From an uncultured Fibrobacterota bacterium (lineage in GTDB: Bacteria; Fibrobacterota; OXYB2-FULL-49-7; JAEUSG01), in assembly GCA_963831235.1 (NCBI GenBank), contig CAWHPS010000038.1, positions 75,104 through 107,103 of the forward strand: a stretch of DNA of 32,000 nucleotides, written 5' to 3'. Below the pieces are notes generated by a model. It saw only the letters and a program-made list of their open reading frames with translations, searched no databases and had not been told where the DNA came from. Positions 17,614-26,080 of this stretch are shown here, one piece after another; position 1 is the first letter of the stretch; the number at the start of each line of letters is the position of its first letter. The position numbers and the translations under genes were made by a program.

Positions 17614-18510
17614 ATGAATAGAATAGTGATAATAGTTTTTGCTATAACAGTTATTGGTCAGTGTCGGGATTTTTTCCCATCTGAAAATGGTAATTGGTGG
17701 ATATATAAGATAGTTGCCTATTCTGGATCTCCAGTTTATGATGTGTTTAATGGATATAAAATTATGAATAAATCTGCATGTAAAGGTGAAGAATGTCAAA
17801 ACTATGATTCTTTGATGACGAGAAATTTATTTAGTGCTCATGATTTGACAAGGCTTGCAGAATTTATGGAAAGTAATTCCCCAACAGATACTGCTACCGC
17901 GGCAATAAAAGGCAATAAAATATGGCTTTACAAGACCGGCGAGTCCGTTTGTTATAGACCTAATTTAGGAGATTGGACAATTGACTGGAATTTATTTCCA
18001 TTTTATCATATTTATGATTCCTCTTATAATTTATCAGATAGTTGTGGAACCAAGTATAGTCTGGCTAATGATCTTAGCGACACAATTGAAAGCATTCCAA
18101 GTAGTGCAGAATGGTTTAAGGCTGTTACAAATATTGGCATGGTTAACAGTGGTTTCTATTGTAAAGATGTGAATTGCATCATTGGAAGGATTGAAAGAAC
18201 TTTACTTCTGACATCATTACTTGGTGATACACTTCCGACATTGATATTAGAGAAACGAATCGAATCTATGCCATCTATGTTTTCTATTCACCCGAATCCT
18301 TGTTATGGAAATGTTTTTATAACATCACCATTTGCCAGTTTTCAAGTATTTGTTTATGATGTTTCAGGCAAAATGGTGTTTAGCTCAAAGAACATAGGAA
18401 AAATCAGGGCTGTTTCATGGGACACGATAAAGATGGCTCAAGGAATATATTTAGTTAAGGTCGTTAATGAGAAAGCCACTTATTTGTCAAAGATATTTGT
18501 TATAAAATAA
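17614..18510 (+). CDS. T9SS cargo protein with unrecognised Cys-containing N-terminal domain
   Basis: The signal is MNRIVIIVFAITVIGQC. The sorting tail is SIHPNPCYGNVFITSPF...VFVYDVSGKMVF...GIYLVKVVNEK...IFVIK. I recognise no motif in residues 20-215. Confidence 0.65.
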   Translation: MNRIVIIVFAITVIGQCRDFFPSENGNWWIYKIVAYSGSPVYDVFNGYKIMNKSACKGEECQNYDSLMTRNLFSAHDLTRLAEFMESNSPTDTATAAIKGNKIWLYKTGESVCYRPNLGDWTIDWNLFPFYHIYDSSYNLSDSCGTKYSLANDLSDTIESIPSSAEWFKAVTNIGMVNSGFYCKDVNCIIGRIERTLLLTSLLGDTLPTLILEKRIESMPSMFSIHPNPCYGNVFITSPFASFQVFVYDVSGKMVFSSKNIGKIRAVSWDTIKMAQGIYLVKVVNEKATYLSKIFVIK

Positions 18511-18618
18511 CGTATTGTCAATTTATCGATTTGTCAAATTTGAATTCTCTGCCGGAAGGTAACGAAAGAGCGCAGTTTTGCAGAGTGGCGTGAAATGCGG
18601 TGTCGCCTTATGTGGAGG

Positions 18619-18636
18619 TGTTTACAATTGTAAACA
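18619..18636. promoter_or_regulatory. Perfect 18-bp palindrome TGTTTACAATTGTAAACA, candidate dimeric-regulator operator
   Basis: Read directly from the sequence. It lies 153 nt upstream of the GTG start at 18789, inside the GC/purine-rich intergenic element. Confidence 0.35.
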
Positions 18637-18788
18637 ATGGTTCGGTTCGCGAAAGGAAAAAGGCAGAAAAACAGCCGCCCATCCATGGGCGGCAAGAAAT
18701 CATGCCCAAGGAACAATTTAAATAAGAACAAACTCGGTTCCAAATATTGTATTAAGTTGACAATAATTTTATTAAAAGAGGAGTCCTT

Positions 18789-19850
18789 GTGAAAACAACC
18801 CTATCAATTTTATTGCTTTGCTTATTTGCGTTTTCTCAAACCATTATACCCGACAGCAATTATACAGGAAAGAAATGGCTACTTTTCGGATGGTATAAAG
18901 CTCAATACCAACCAGTTGATGCATATTGTTCTAGCATGTATTTTGACAGCAATTGGTATGTGACAGAACCTATTTACCATATGCTATCCACTCCTGATTT
19001 GACATTTTGGCCACCAATTGATTCTTGTAATTATAATGGCTATGCAAATTGGTTTTTTTCTCTGAGCGGACTAGAAAACAAGAAAATATTCTTGGAAGGT
19101 AAGTACGACAGTGTATGCGGTTCACATAGGTTTGGGTTTCAAACCATTTCAATAGATTCTATTTATCAAGATTCGTCAACCTTATTGCGCCTTTTAGACA
19201 CATTAAATACTGGAGAGTATACACAATGCTTAAGCGCACATATTTTTGTTTCCGGTAGATTAACTGGTACATATTATCAGATTCCAAGTAAAGATACTAT
19301 CCATTTTGATTCGATTATTACTGGACTAGAAACCAATAAACTACTCGCCTGCTTAAACCGTAATGGATATTGGGACATGGAATCCTTTGTTGCAAATCCA
19401 GAATGGAATAGCCCTGCCTTTCCCAGACATTCAAATCTTTACTGCAAAGGAAAATCTTGCGATTTATTACTGACTGGGGATAGCAGTAGTTTTGAAGCTG
19501 AAAAGATGCTGAATCAATTAGTCACTCTTCTTACTGTAGCTATGACAAAGGTCTCTATAGAACGAATCTCATCTTTTTCGCCCTGTTTTAAGCTTACTAC
19601 GGTTCCAAACCCCAGCAATGGGCATATTCGAATAAAGTTATCGCTTCCAGGAAACGATAACGCTCTTTTAAGCATTCTTGACATTCGTGGAAGGGTTATC
19701 AAGAAATTATGGCAAGGCAAAGGAAGTATTAACCTATCTTGGCAGCTGGACGATGAGCATGGTAGTATTGTCTCACCAGGCTTATATCTTTGTCAGCTTA
19801 GACTGGGAAGCATATCACATGAAACAAAAATAGTTCTTCTAAATCGTTAA
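18789..19850 (+). CDS. T9SS cargo protein with unrecognised Cys-rich N-terminal domain
   Basis: GTG start with gaggag 5 nt upstream. The signal is MKTTLSILLLCLFAFSQ. The sorting tail is TTVPNPSNGHIRIKLSLPG...LSILDIRGRVI...GLYLCQLRLG...KIVLLNR. Confidence 0.65.
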   Translation: MKTTLSILLLCLFAFSQTIIPDSNYTGKKWLLFGWYKAQYQPVDAYCSSMYFDSNWYVTEPIYHMLSTPDLTFWPPIDSCNYNGYANWFFSLSGLENKKIFLEGKYDSVCGSHRFGFQTISIDSIYQDSSTLLRLLDTLNTGEYTQCLSAHIFVSGRLTGTYYQIPSKDTIHFDSIITGLETNKLLACLNRNGYWDMESFVANPEWNSPAFPRHSNLYCKGKSCDLLLTGDSSSFEAEKMLNQLVTLLTVAMTKVSIERISSFSPCFKLTTVPNPSNGHIRIKLSLPGNDNALLSILDIRGRVIKKLWQGKGSINLSWQLDDEHGSIVSPGLYLCQLRLGSISHETKIVLLNR

Positions 19851-20124
19851 TTAAAATGAGGCGCCTTAGAAAAGAGCTCTTGGCCATCCATGGGCTCGTC
19901 GCAAAGAAAAGGCGGCTTCGAAGGAAAAAAGGACATTGCCGGAGAGCCGCATGTTTGCAATTAGTTTCGGTGTGGGCCCACCTTACGGGTTGGTATTAAA
20001 CGCGCGCAAAGATGGCAAAAAATATATTAGATTATTGATTTTGTTGCGTTTGATTTGAAAGCTCACTGGAAGCTGCAGCCAGCACAACACAACCCGACGT
20101 TATAAATTAAATCCTGTAAATAAA

Positions 20125-21690
20125 TTAGTTTTTTAAGACTAGTTTTGATAAATATGTTCTTGAAAGGAAATTCCGAGCGATAAATTTAATTATTTTAAAA
20201 AATACTATCTCTATTTGGAAATTAAATAATCCTAATGAAAATCTTGTTTGAGACAGCCAGGCAATTGGTAAGAAAAGCTTAAGGTACCCTTTTGAGAACA
20301 ATCCTTTTTTATAAGCAGTTGTAATTCTTCCATAGAACCTTATGCCTTGAATTATCGTTGGGTTTTGTATCCAAGGCAGGTAGCTTAAATCTAGAAAACC
20401 GGAGCTAAGTTTATATTTTGTCCAATCTCTTATAGTCTTTGGTTCTATAAAACCGGCTTTCAACGCGCTTTGATATAATGTTCCCCCAGGCAGTGGGCGA
20501 TATATTCCAGGAGCGTAAACCGTATTCTCTTTGTCAATTTGGTGAAGTTTGTTTATAAGTTTAATTGTTTTTAGTATAGAAGATGTTGATTCTCCTGGTA
20601 TCCCCATCATAAAAGTTCCATTAGGAAGGATTCCATGGGCACAACATTTTCTAACAGCATTTTCAATTTGTTCTGTTGTTATTCCTTTATTATATATTTT
20701 GAGAACATTATCGTCACCGGATTCCATACCCATATGTAAAGCATAGCATCCGCTTTGTTTTAATTTAACTAACATTTCATCATTTATTAACTTATCAGAA
20801 AAGTTATCAACGCGAACATTAGCAGACCATTGAATATGAAGATTTAAATCGATGATTCCATTCATAATAATTTTGAAACGATGTATATTACCGAAAAAAT
20901 AATCATCAATAAACCATATATAATTAAGATCATAAGACTTGACGACATGATCAATTATGTTTAAGACTCTTTCAGGTGGGATTGCCCTCCATTTTCTGGT
21001 ATTAAGATGGGGAACCGTACAGAATGCGCATTTGTATGGACATCCACGACTGGTAAGGATTCCAAGTCCCCTTACGGTTTTTCCATTTAGAAGCATTATT
21101 TTAACAAGTTTTTCTACTGTAAGGAGGTCATAATTAATATCAGGCATTTCATTGACATCTATGGGGCTTGTATGATTCTCAGTGTTAATTATTCTATCAT
21201 TTTCTTTGTAAAGCAACCCATCTGTAAGCTTAATTGGTTTTGAGTTTGTTTTTAAAAGATTTAAAAGATATTCAATAACTTTTTCACCTTCCCCAGCAAT
21301 TACATAATCAATATTATTATCTCTAATCGTTTGGATGGGATATAATGTAGGATGTGTGCCACCCCAAATAATGGGTAATTCGGGTTGGATATCCTTAATA
21401 AAATCAGTTAATTCAAGTGCATGAGATAATTGTCCGGTCATTACGGAAAAACCAACGGCAAAATAGTTGTTGATTTTATTTAAAATTGAAGATTTTATAT
21501 CTTTTTTATTAAATAGACGGCAATCTAATAAGTCAATTTCAAACCCTTTATATTTTAAATAACTTCCAATAGCAGCAATTCCTAAAGGAATGGATTTATC
21601 TCCTACTTCCAGGATGTCCCCTTCTCTAATGTCTGCTTCGGTATTATCAGGATATGAAGATGGGTGGATAAGTAAAAATGTGTTTTCCAT
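20125..21690 (-). CDS. B12-binding-domain radical SAM enzyme (class B rSAM-like)
   Basis: The N-terminal cobalamin-binding-like Rossmann region is IGSYLKYKGFEIDLLD...PIIWGGTHPTLYP. The CX3CX2C cluster motif is in LTSRGCPYKCAFCTVP. The start abuts the stop of the upstream methyltransferase (21690/21691). Confidence 0.85.
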   Translation of the reverse strand: MENTFLLIHPSSYPDNTEADIREGDILEVGDKSIPLGIAAIGSYLKYKGFEIDLLDCRLFNKKDIKSSILNKINNYFAVGFSVMTGQLSHALELTDFIKDIQPELPIIWGGTHPTLYPIQTIRDNNIDYVIAGEGEKVIEYLLNLLKTNSKPIKLTDGLLYKENDRIINTENHTSPIDVNEMPDINYDLLTVEKLVKIMLLNGKTVRGLGILTSRGCPYKCAFCTVPHLNTRKWRAIPPERVLNIIDHVVKSYDLNYIWFIDDYFFGNIHRFKIIMNGIIDLNLHIQWSANVRVDNFSDKLINDEMLVKLKQSGCYALHMGMESGDDNVLKIYNKGITTEQIENAVRKCCAHGILPNGTFMMGIPGESTSSILKTIKLINKLHQIDKENTVYAPGIYRPLPGGTLYQSALKAGFIEPKTIRDWTKYKLSSGFLDLSYLPWIQNPTIIQGIRFYGRITTAYKKGLFSKGYLKLFLPIAWLSQTRFSLGLFNFQIEIVFFKIIKFIARNFLSRTYLSKLVLKN

Positions 21691-22386
21691 TTATTTTAGC
21701 TTTTCTGCAATAATTATACTATTACCATGAAACATTACTTTCGCCTTCATTATCTTGAATGATTTTGGGAAAAAGTAATACAAGGTACCTGCTAAGTTTG
21801 AGATAAAAGAATTTATGACACTGCCTAATATGCCATGAATAAAACCAAATGAAATTTCATTACAAATAATATTAAAATTAAAATCCTTAAGTAATTGAGA
21901 TATGTTGTTTAAAGTAAGCGGTAAATTATGTGTATAATCACCATCGTAGAAGTCATTTTTCCAATATCGAATATCCGGAAATATGAGAATTATTTTGCCA
22001 TTGGATTTTAATATTTTAAAGGATTCTTGGATTAGGTCTTGAAGTTGTTTATTGTTTTCAAGGTGCTCAATTACATTTACTGCTATTATTGCATCTAATG
22101 AATTTATAGGAAGATCCAATGGAGGAATAACTTTTTCAATTACATTCACACCAGTATTACGTAAGGTCGCTGCTAAAATTGGTTGAGGCTCAATACATGA
22201 GTATTTAAATCCCGATTCCATTAGTAGTTTCGCTAAAAAACCTGTTCCAGGCCCAATTTCTAGAATGTTACTGTTTTTTGAGATAAAATTATTAATAATT
22301 AGTGATATTTTATTATTAAATCTACTAGAGACAAATGAACCTAATTTGGAAGTTTTTTTTGTTGCAAAGAATGTGTATTTTGCCAT
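21691..22386 (-). CDS. Class I SAM-dependent methyltransferase
   Basis: ILEIGPGTGFLAKLLMESG is the GxGxG motif I. DAIIAVNVIEHLEN and LKSNGKIILIFPD are also present. It lies between the GT9 and rSAM genes on the same strand. Confidence 0.8.
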   Translation of the reverse strand: MAKYTFFATKKTSKLGSFVSSRFNNKISLIINNFISKNSNILEIGPGTGFLAKLLMESGFKYSCIEPQPILAATLRNTGVNVIEKVIPPLDLPINSLDAIIAVNVIEHLENNKQLQDLIQESFKILKSNGKIILIFPDIRYWKNDFYDGDYTHNLPLTLNNISQLLKDFNFNIICNEISFGFIHGILGSVINSFISNLAGTLYYFFPKSFKIMKAKVMFHGNSIIIAEKLK

Positions 22387-22416
22387 AAAAAATGATTTCT
22401 TTCGAACTTAGTATTT

Positions 22417-23595
22417 TTAAGTTTCCGTTAAAACTTTATTCACTTCTTCAAACACTTGCTCAACTGTTATTTTTTCCATACACTCCATCCTGCATGCATT
22501 TGGTACACATATTCCACACTCATTCTTGGAAACTATAGCCAATCCTCCCCTATTCCATGGGCACCACCTTTTAACATGATGACGAACATAATGACTTCCA
22601 TATATTGCAATTACTGGGGTACCAACAGCATTAGCAAGATGCATTGTACCGGTGCTGTTCCCTATGAACAATCTTGAATGAGCAAATAACACCATAAGAT
22701 CCTGTAATGAAAATTGACCTGTCATGTTTACAATAGGACTCTTAAGTGATGAAATAAAATCATTGGCTTCAACTTTTTCATTTATGCCACCTATAAGGAT
22801 CATAGTATGTGTACCTAAAGATACTAATTTATCCGATAATGCCAGATAACTTTTCATAGGCCAGCGCATTTTAGGGTCTCTGGAAAAAGGGTGAAGAATT
22901 ATAAGCTCTTTACCAGTCTGATGCTGTTGCTTGAGAAAAGCGGTAACAAGGTTCGACGGTTCTTTAGGAATAGGCACAAATAATGGCCGCCAAGGTGCAG
23001 AAATTCTTAATAATGATACTAAATCAAGGCAGGCCTGCGCTTCATGGAGAAGTTTTGAGGCCCTCTTATCATTATGGTGATGAGTAAGGAGAAATCCTCC
23101 ACCATCTCTATTTGTACCAAGCCTATAAGGGATTCCGGCATTAAAAGCAATGCGCTTTTCAGATATATGAGGAAAGAAAATTACTGCTAAGTCATATTTA
23201 TTATCTCGAAGTAAACTATTTAGTTTTGACTGTGAGTACTGATCCTTCTCAATAATTTGGTTAAACCTGGAGTTTTGTTCAACTATTGGTTTTGTGTATG
23301 ATGTAACTAGAATATCAATCTTTGCCCAAGTGAAATAATCAAGCAATGTTTCTATGGCAGGGGTTGTAAGTATGAGATCTCCTAGCCTGTCAGTTCGTAG
23401 TATAAGAATATTCTTTATTTTGTCCAAATCAATAGGTTGCTCTAAAAATATCACAGATGAATGTCCAACAAGCCGCAATATCTGGATAACAGGTGAGCAA
23501 ATATAAAAACGAACTTTAAAAAGCAGCTCTCTGAAATAATAAGCAATGATGTATAATAATTTCATCATAAATAATCTATATAATTTTTCAGTCAA
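22417..23595 (-). CDS. Glycosyltransferase family 9 (heptosyltransferase-like) with about 60-aa hydrophobic N-terminal extension
   Basis: ILILRTDRLGDLILTTPAIETL and FIGNSTGTMHLANAVGTPVIAIYG are the two GT9 signature blocks. The tail is Cys-rich (CGICVPNACRMECMEKITVEQV). The true start may instead be the internal MM at codons 10-11. Confidence 0.8.
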   Translation of the reverse strand: MTEKLYRLFMMKLLYIIAYYFRELLFKVRFYICSPVIQILRLVGHSSVIFLEQPIDLDKIKNILILRTDRLGDLILTTPAIETLLDYFTWAKIDILVTSYTKPIVEQNSRFNQIIEKDQYSQSKLNSLLRDNKYDLAVIFFPHISEKRIAFNAGIPYRLGTNRDGGGFLLTHHHNDKRASKLLHEAQACLDLVSLLRISAPWRPLFVPIPKEPSNLVTAFLKQQHQTGKELIILHPFSRDPKMRWPMKSYLALSDKLVSLGTHTMILIGGINEKVEANDFISSLKSPIVNMTGQFSLQDLMVLFAHSRLFIGNSTGTMHLANAVGTPVIAIYGSHYVRHHVKRWCPWNRGGLAIVSKNECGICVPNACRMECMEKITVEQVFEEVNKVLTET

Positions 23596-24017
23596 TAAGA
23601 AGTAATGGATTTTAGCTCTGGTTCTAAAGTGAACAATCTTTTAAATAAAATAGGCCTTATAAATAATATAAATCAAGAAAAAAGGCTCAATTTCGTAGAA
23701 GATATTTTCTTTTCATGTTAAATGCCCTGTAGAAAAATAAAGAATTTTCTTATTTGAAACCAAATGATCATCAAGAATCAAAACGCGAAAAACGCGTAAT
23801 ACGGGTAAACAGTGTAAAACGCTTTAAGGCTGAAAAATTTATTAAAAAAAGATGGATGATAATAAATATTGAAGGGTCAGATTCTTACTGTAAGAAAATA
23901 AATTTCATAGTTTATAATTATTCAATAAAAAGGAGGTTGGTGCAAAATACAGAAATGTTTTTGGAGAAAAGAATTTGCAAAATGAATCTGAAAACTTAAA
24001 ACTCAAAAGGAGACAAA

Positions 24018-25691
24018 ATGGTATTTGGTAAATTAATACAAACATTAATGATAATAGTTGTTATTTTCGTATCTACATCAACATTTTCTCAAGGATTGGT
24101 TGCTAATTACAAATTTGAGGAACTATCAGGGAATATTCTCCATGATGAAACAGAATTTAGAAATGACGGAGTTATTACTGGAATTATGGAGCATGACAAA
24201 GGAATATGCGGTTATGATAATGCTTATAAATTCAATGGTATAGGGAATCAATATGTCACTGTTCATAGTTCAACATCGCTTAAAGTGATGAATAATATAA
24301 CCTTTAATGCATGGATTAAATTTAATTCATTAAAAGGTAAAGCTCAAACTTTTATTGAGAAAGGAAAACAATATATTGGGTTTGAATATAATTTTGGTCT
24401 AACCTCATCAAATAAACTTCATTTTTGCTTTTATAATCCTGTGGCTGGTTTTTGGAGAGATTTTATTGATAATAGTGACTGGGTTCCTATGGTTGGTGAT
24501 TGGAATATGGTTACAATACAAGTTGATAAGCCCAATAAGAAAGTCAGTTTTTATGTTAATGGCGTTCCCAAAGGAATAATAGAAAATGCGAATTTAGATT
24601 ATGTATCAACAGATTATAATATGTATATAGGGAGGCACGACCCTTTAAATAGTAATCCGGACGCTTTAAATGGTGTTTTGGATGAATTATCCATCTTCCA
24701 CAATCTACTCTCAGATAATGAAGTTACGGGACTTTATAATAATTTAGCTGCTTATTATAAATTTGATGAGACCTCCGGTACTATTGTTAATGATGCCTCG
24801 GGTCGAGTTAATAACGGTACTATTGTAGGAACGATGGGTTACATTGGTGGGAAAATTAATGGAGCATATAAATTTGACGGAAGCGGGAAACAATATGTGA
24901 CTGTAAATAATTCTGCATCATTAAAGTTCTCAAATAGCATGACTTTTAATACATGGGTAAAAATTGATGCTTTAAAGGGAACATATCAGGCATTTATTCA
25001 AAAAGGGAAGACTCCTTTCAATACTGACTATAATTTTGGTCTAACGAATCAGAATAAGCTTCGCTTCTGTTTTTATTCGAGTGCAAACCGATATTGGAGG
25101 GAATTCATTGATAGTAGTGCTTGGGTCCCAACAATTGGTGTTTGGAATATGGTTACAATTACAGTAAATAAATCTTCTAAATGCAATATGGTACGCTTTT
25201 TTGTTAATGGGGTATGCAAAAGCTCAGTATATGGAGCTCTTGATTATTTATCCAGTGATTATAACATGTATATTGGCATAGGTGATCAAAACAATGGCAT
25301 AACTCCTAGCGCTTTGAATGGTGCTTTAGATGAAGTGCGCCTTTACAATATTGTAATTTCAGATTACAAAATACAAGACCTTTACAAGGGGCTTTCAAAA
25401 AGATTTGAGGGGGACACGCTCTTACGATCAGAAGAGACGGTTGCCACAGATTTAACTGTCTCTCCTAACCCGTGTAATCCTTCTACTCAGATCACATTAC
25501 CAAATAGAATCGATCCAAAAAATGCTCAAGTTCACATTATAAATATTCAGGGTAAAGAAGTGGCATCCTATTATAACCTTACTTCAAATAAAATTGTTTG
25601 GAATGCTAACAAGTGCCCAAGCGGAATGTATGTTGTGAAAATTATTGCAGATAATACGATTTTATCAAAGAAAGTTTCATTGATAAAATAA
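24018..25691 (+). CDS. T9SS cargo protein: signal peptide, tandem LamG x2, C-terminal sorting domain
   Basis: The RBS aaggag lies upstream. LamG units open with LVANYKFEELSGNILHDETEFRNDGV and LAAYYKFDETSGTIVNDASGRVNNGT and close with LNGVLDELSIF and LNGALDEVRLY. The sorting tail is VSPNPCNPSTQITLP...VHIINIQGKEV...GMYVVKIIAD...VSLIK. Confidence 0.8.
   Translation: MVFGKLIQTLMIIVVIFVSTSTFSQGLVANYKFEELSGNILHDETEFRNDGVITGIMEHDKGICGYDNAYKFNGIGNQYVTVHSSTSLKVMNNITFNAWIKFNSLKGKAQTFIEKGKQYIGFEYNFGLTSSNKLHFCFYNPVAGFWRDFIDNSDWVPMVGDWNMVTIQVDKPNKKVSFYVNGVPKGIIENANLDYVSTDYNMYIGRHDPLNSNPDALNGVLDELSIFHNLLSDNEVTGLYNNLAAYYKFDETSGTIVNDASGRVNNGTIVGTMGYIGGKINGAYKFDGSGKQYVTVNNSASLKFSNSMTFNTWVKIDALKGTYQAFIQKGKTPFNTDYNFGLTNQNKLRFCFYSSANRYWREFIDSSAWVPTIGVWNMVTITVNKSSKCNMVRFFVNGVCKSSVYGALDYLSSDYNMYIGIGDQNNGITPSALNGALDEVRLYNIVISDYKIQDLYKGLSKRFEGDTLLRSEETVATDLTVSPNPCNPSTQITLPNRIDPKNAQVHIINIQGKEVASYYNLTSNKIVWNANKCPSGMYVVKIIADNTILSKKVSLIK
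24096..25391 (+). repeat. Intragenic tandem duplication of a LamG unit (2 x 216 codons)
   Basis: Units 24096-24743 and 24744-25391 align colinearly. Shared blocks include YNFGLT..NKL.FCFY, W..FID.S.WVP..G.WNMVTI and SDYNMYIG. They are more diverged than the pair in 12946-15501. Confidence 0.85.
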
Positions 25692-25715
25692 CATTCTTTG
25701 CACAATATCCTATTT

Positions 25716-25748
25716 AATCCCCTGCGCTATTGGCAGGGGATTTTTATT
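25716..25748 (+). terminator. Rho-independent terminator after the LamG cargo gene
   Basis: The stem aatcccctgc (25716-25725) / gcaggggatt (25733-25742) has a 7-nt loop and is followed by tttttatt. Confidence 0.75.
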
Positions 25749-25768
25749 CCGGTAAAAGATCAAAATCG

Positions 25769-25808
25769 TTGACTATCTTAAGCTATTTTGTTATACTATT
25801 GGTATAAC
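25769..25808 (+). promoter_or_regulatory. Sigma-70-type promoter with overlapping palindromic operator for the toxin-antitoxin operon
   Basis: The -35 element is TTGACT (25769-25774), the spacer is 17 nt, and the -10 element is TATACT (25792-25797). The inverted repeat gttatac-tattg-gtataac (25790-25808) overlaps the -10. The RBS aaggagag lies 6 nt before the ATG at 25823. Confidence 0.6.
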
Positions 25809-25822
25809 AAGGAGAGATTTTT

Positions 25823-26080
25823 ATGTCAACTGTGAAAACCGCAATTTCAATTGATCGCGATTTGTTTGAAGAGATCGAAAGAATCTCAAATGAAATTCAT
25901 GTTCCACGCAGTAGGTTATTTTCGCAAGCTGTTGAAAACTTTGTTAAAGAAAAAGAAAATATTCTTCTATTAAAAAAGTTAAATGTTGTTTATGACAAGC
26001 AACCGACTTCTGAGGACACTGAGTTTCTCCGCGCTGCTAAAAAGAACCGTCATAAAATATTTAAAGGCTTATGGAAATAA
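25823..26080 (+). CDS. Ribbon-helix-helix (CopG/MetJ-type) antitoxin
   Basis: The N-terminal RHH pattern is VKTAISIDRDLFEEIERISNEIHVPRSRLFSQAVENFV. The gene overlaps the toxin start by 10 nt (ATGGAAATAA). Confidence 0.75.
   Translation: MSTVKTAISIDRDLFEEIERISNEIHVPRSRLFSQAVENFVKEKENILLLKKLNVVYDKQPTSEDTEFLRAAKKNRHKIFKGLWK

Noticed and set aside
17302-18788. Fragments resembling conserved RNA motifs: CCGGAAGG.AA (SRP RNA-like), GGTAACG / AAGAGCGCA (RNase P-like), and GGTTCG (tRNA T-loop-like).
   Set aside because: These are only isolated short matches. The hallmark motifs (GGAAGCAGCC, GAGGAAAGTCC, and a T-arm stem with cloverleaf) are absent.
19856-19999. 47-codon highly basic ORF (MRRLRKELLAIHGLVAKKRRLRRKKGH...) in the element after the second orphan cargo gene.
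   Set aside because: It has no RBS. The homologous motifs in the 18511-18788 element fall in different frames, so the nucleotide features rather than the peptide are what recur.
18511-20124. Integron-style gene cassettes (cargo ORF followed by an attC-like imperfect palindrome).
   Set aside because: I found no integrase and no recognisable GTTRRRY / RYYYAAC core sites at the element ends.
23754-23999. 81-aa Lys-rich ORF (TTG start), plus a possible mini-ORF after the AGGAGG at 23931-23936, upstream of the LamG gene.
   Set aside because: The composition is that of AT-rich intergenic DNA. The AGGAGG is only 3 nt from the GTG and 18 nt from the next ATG, so neither start is well spaced.
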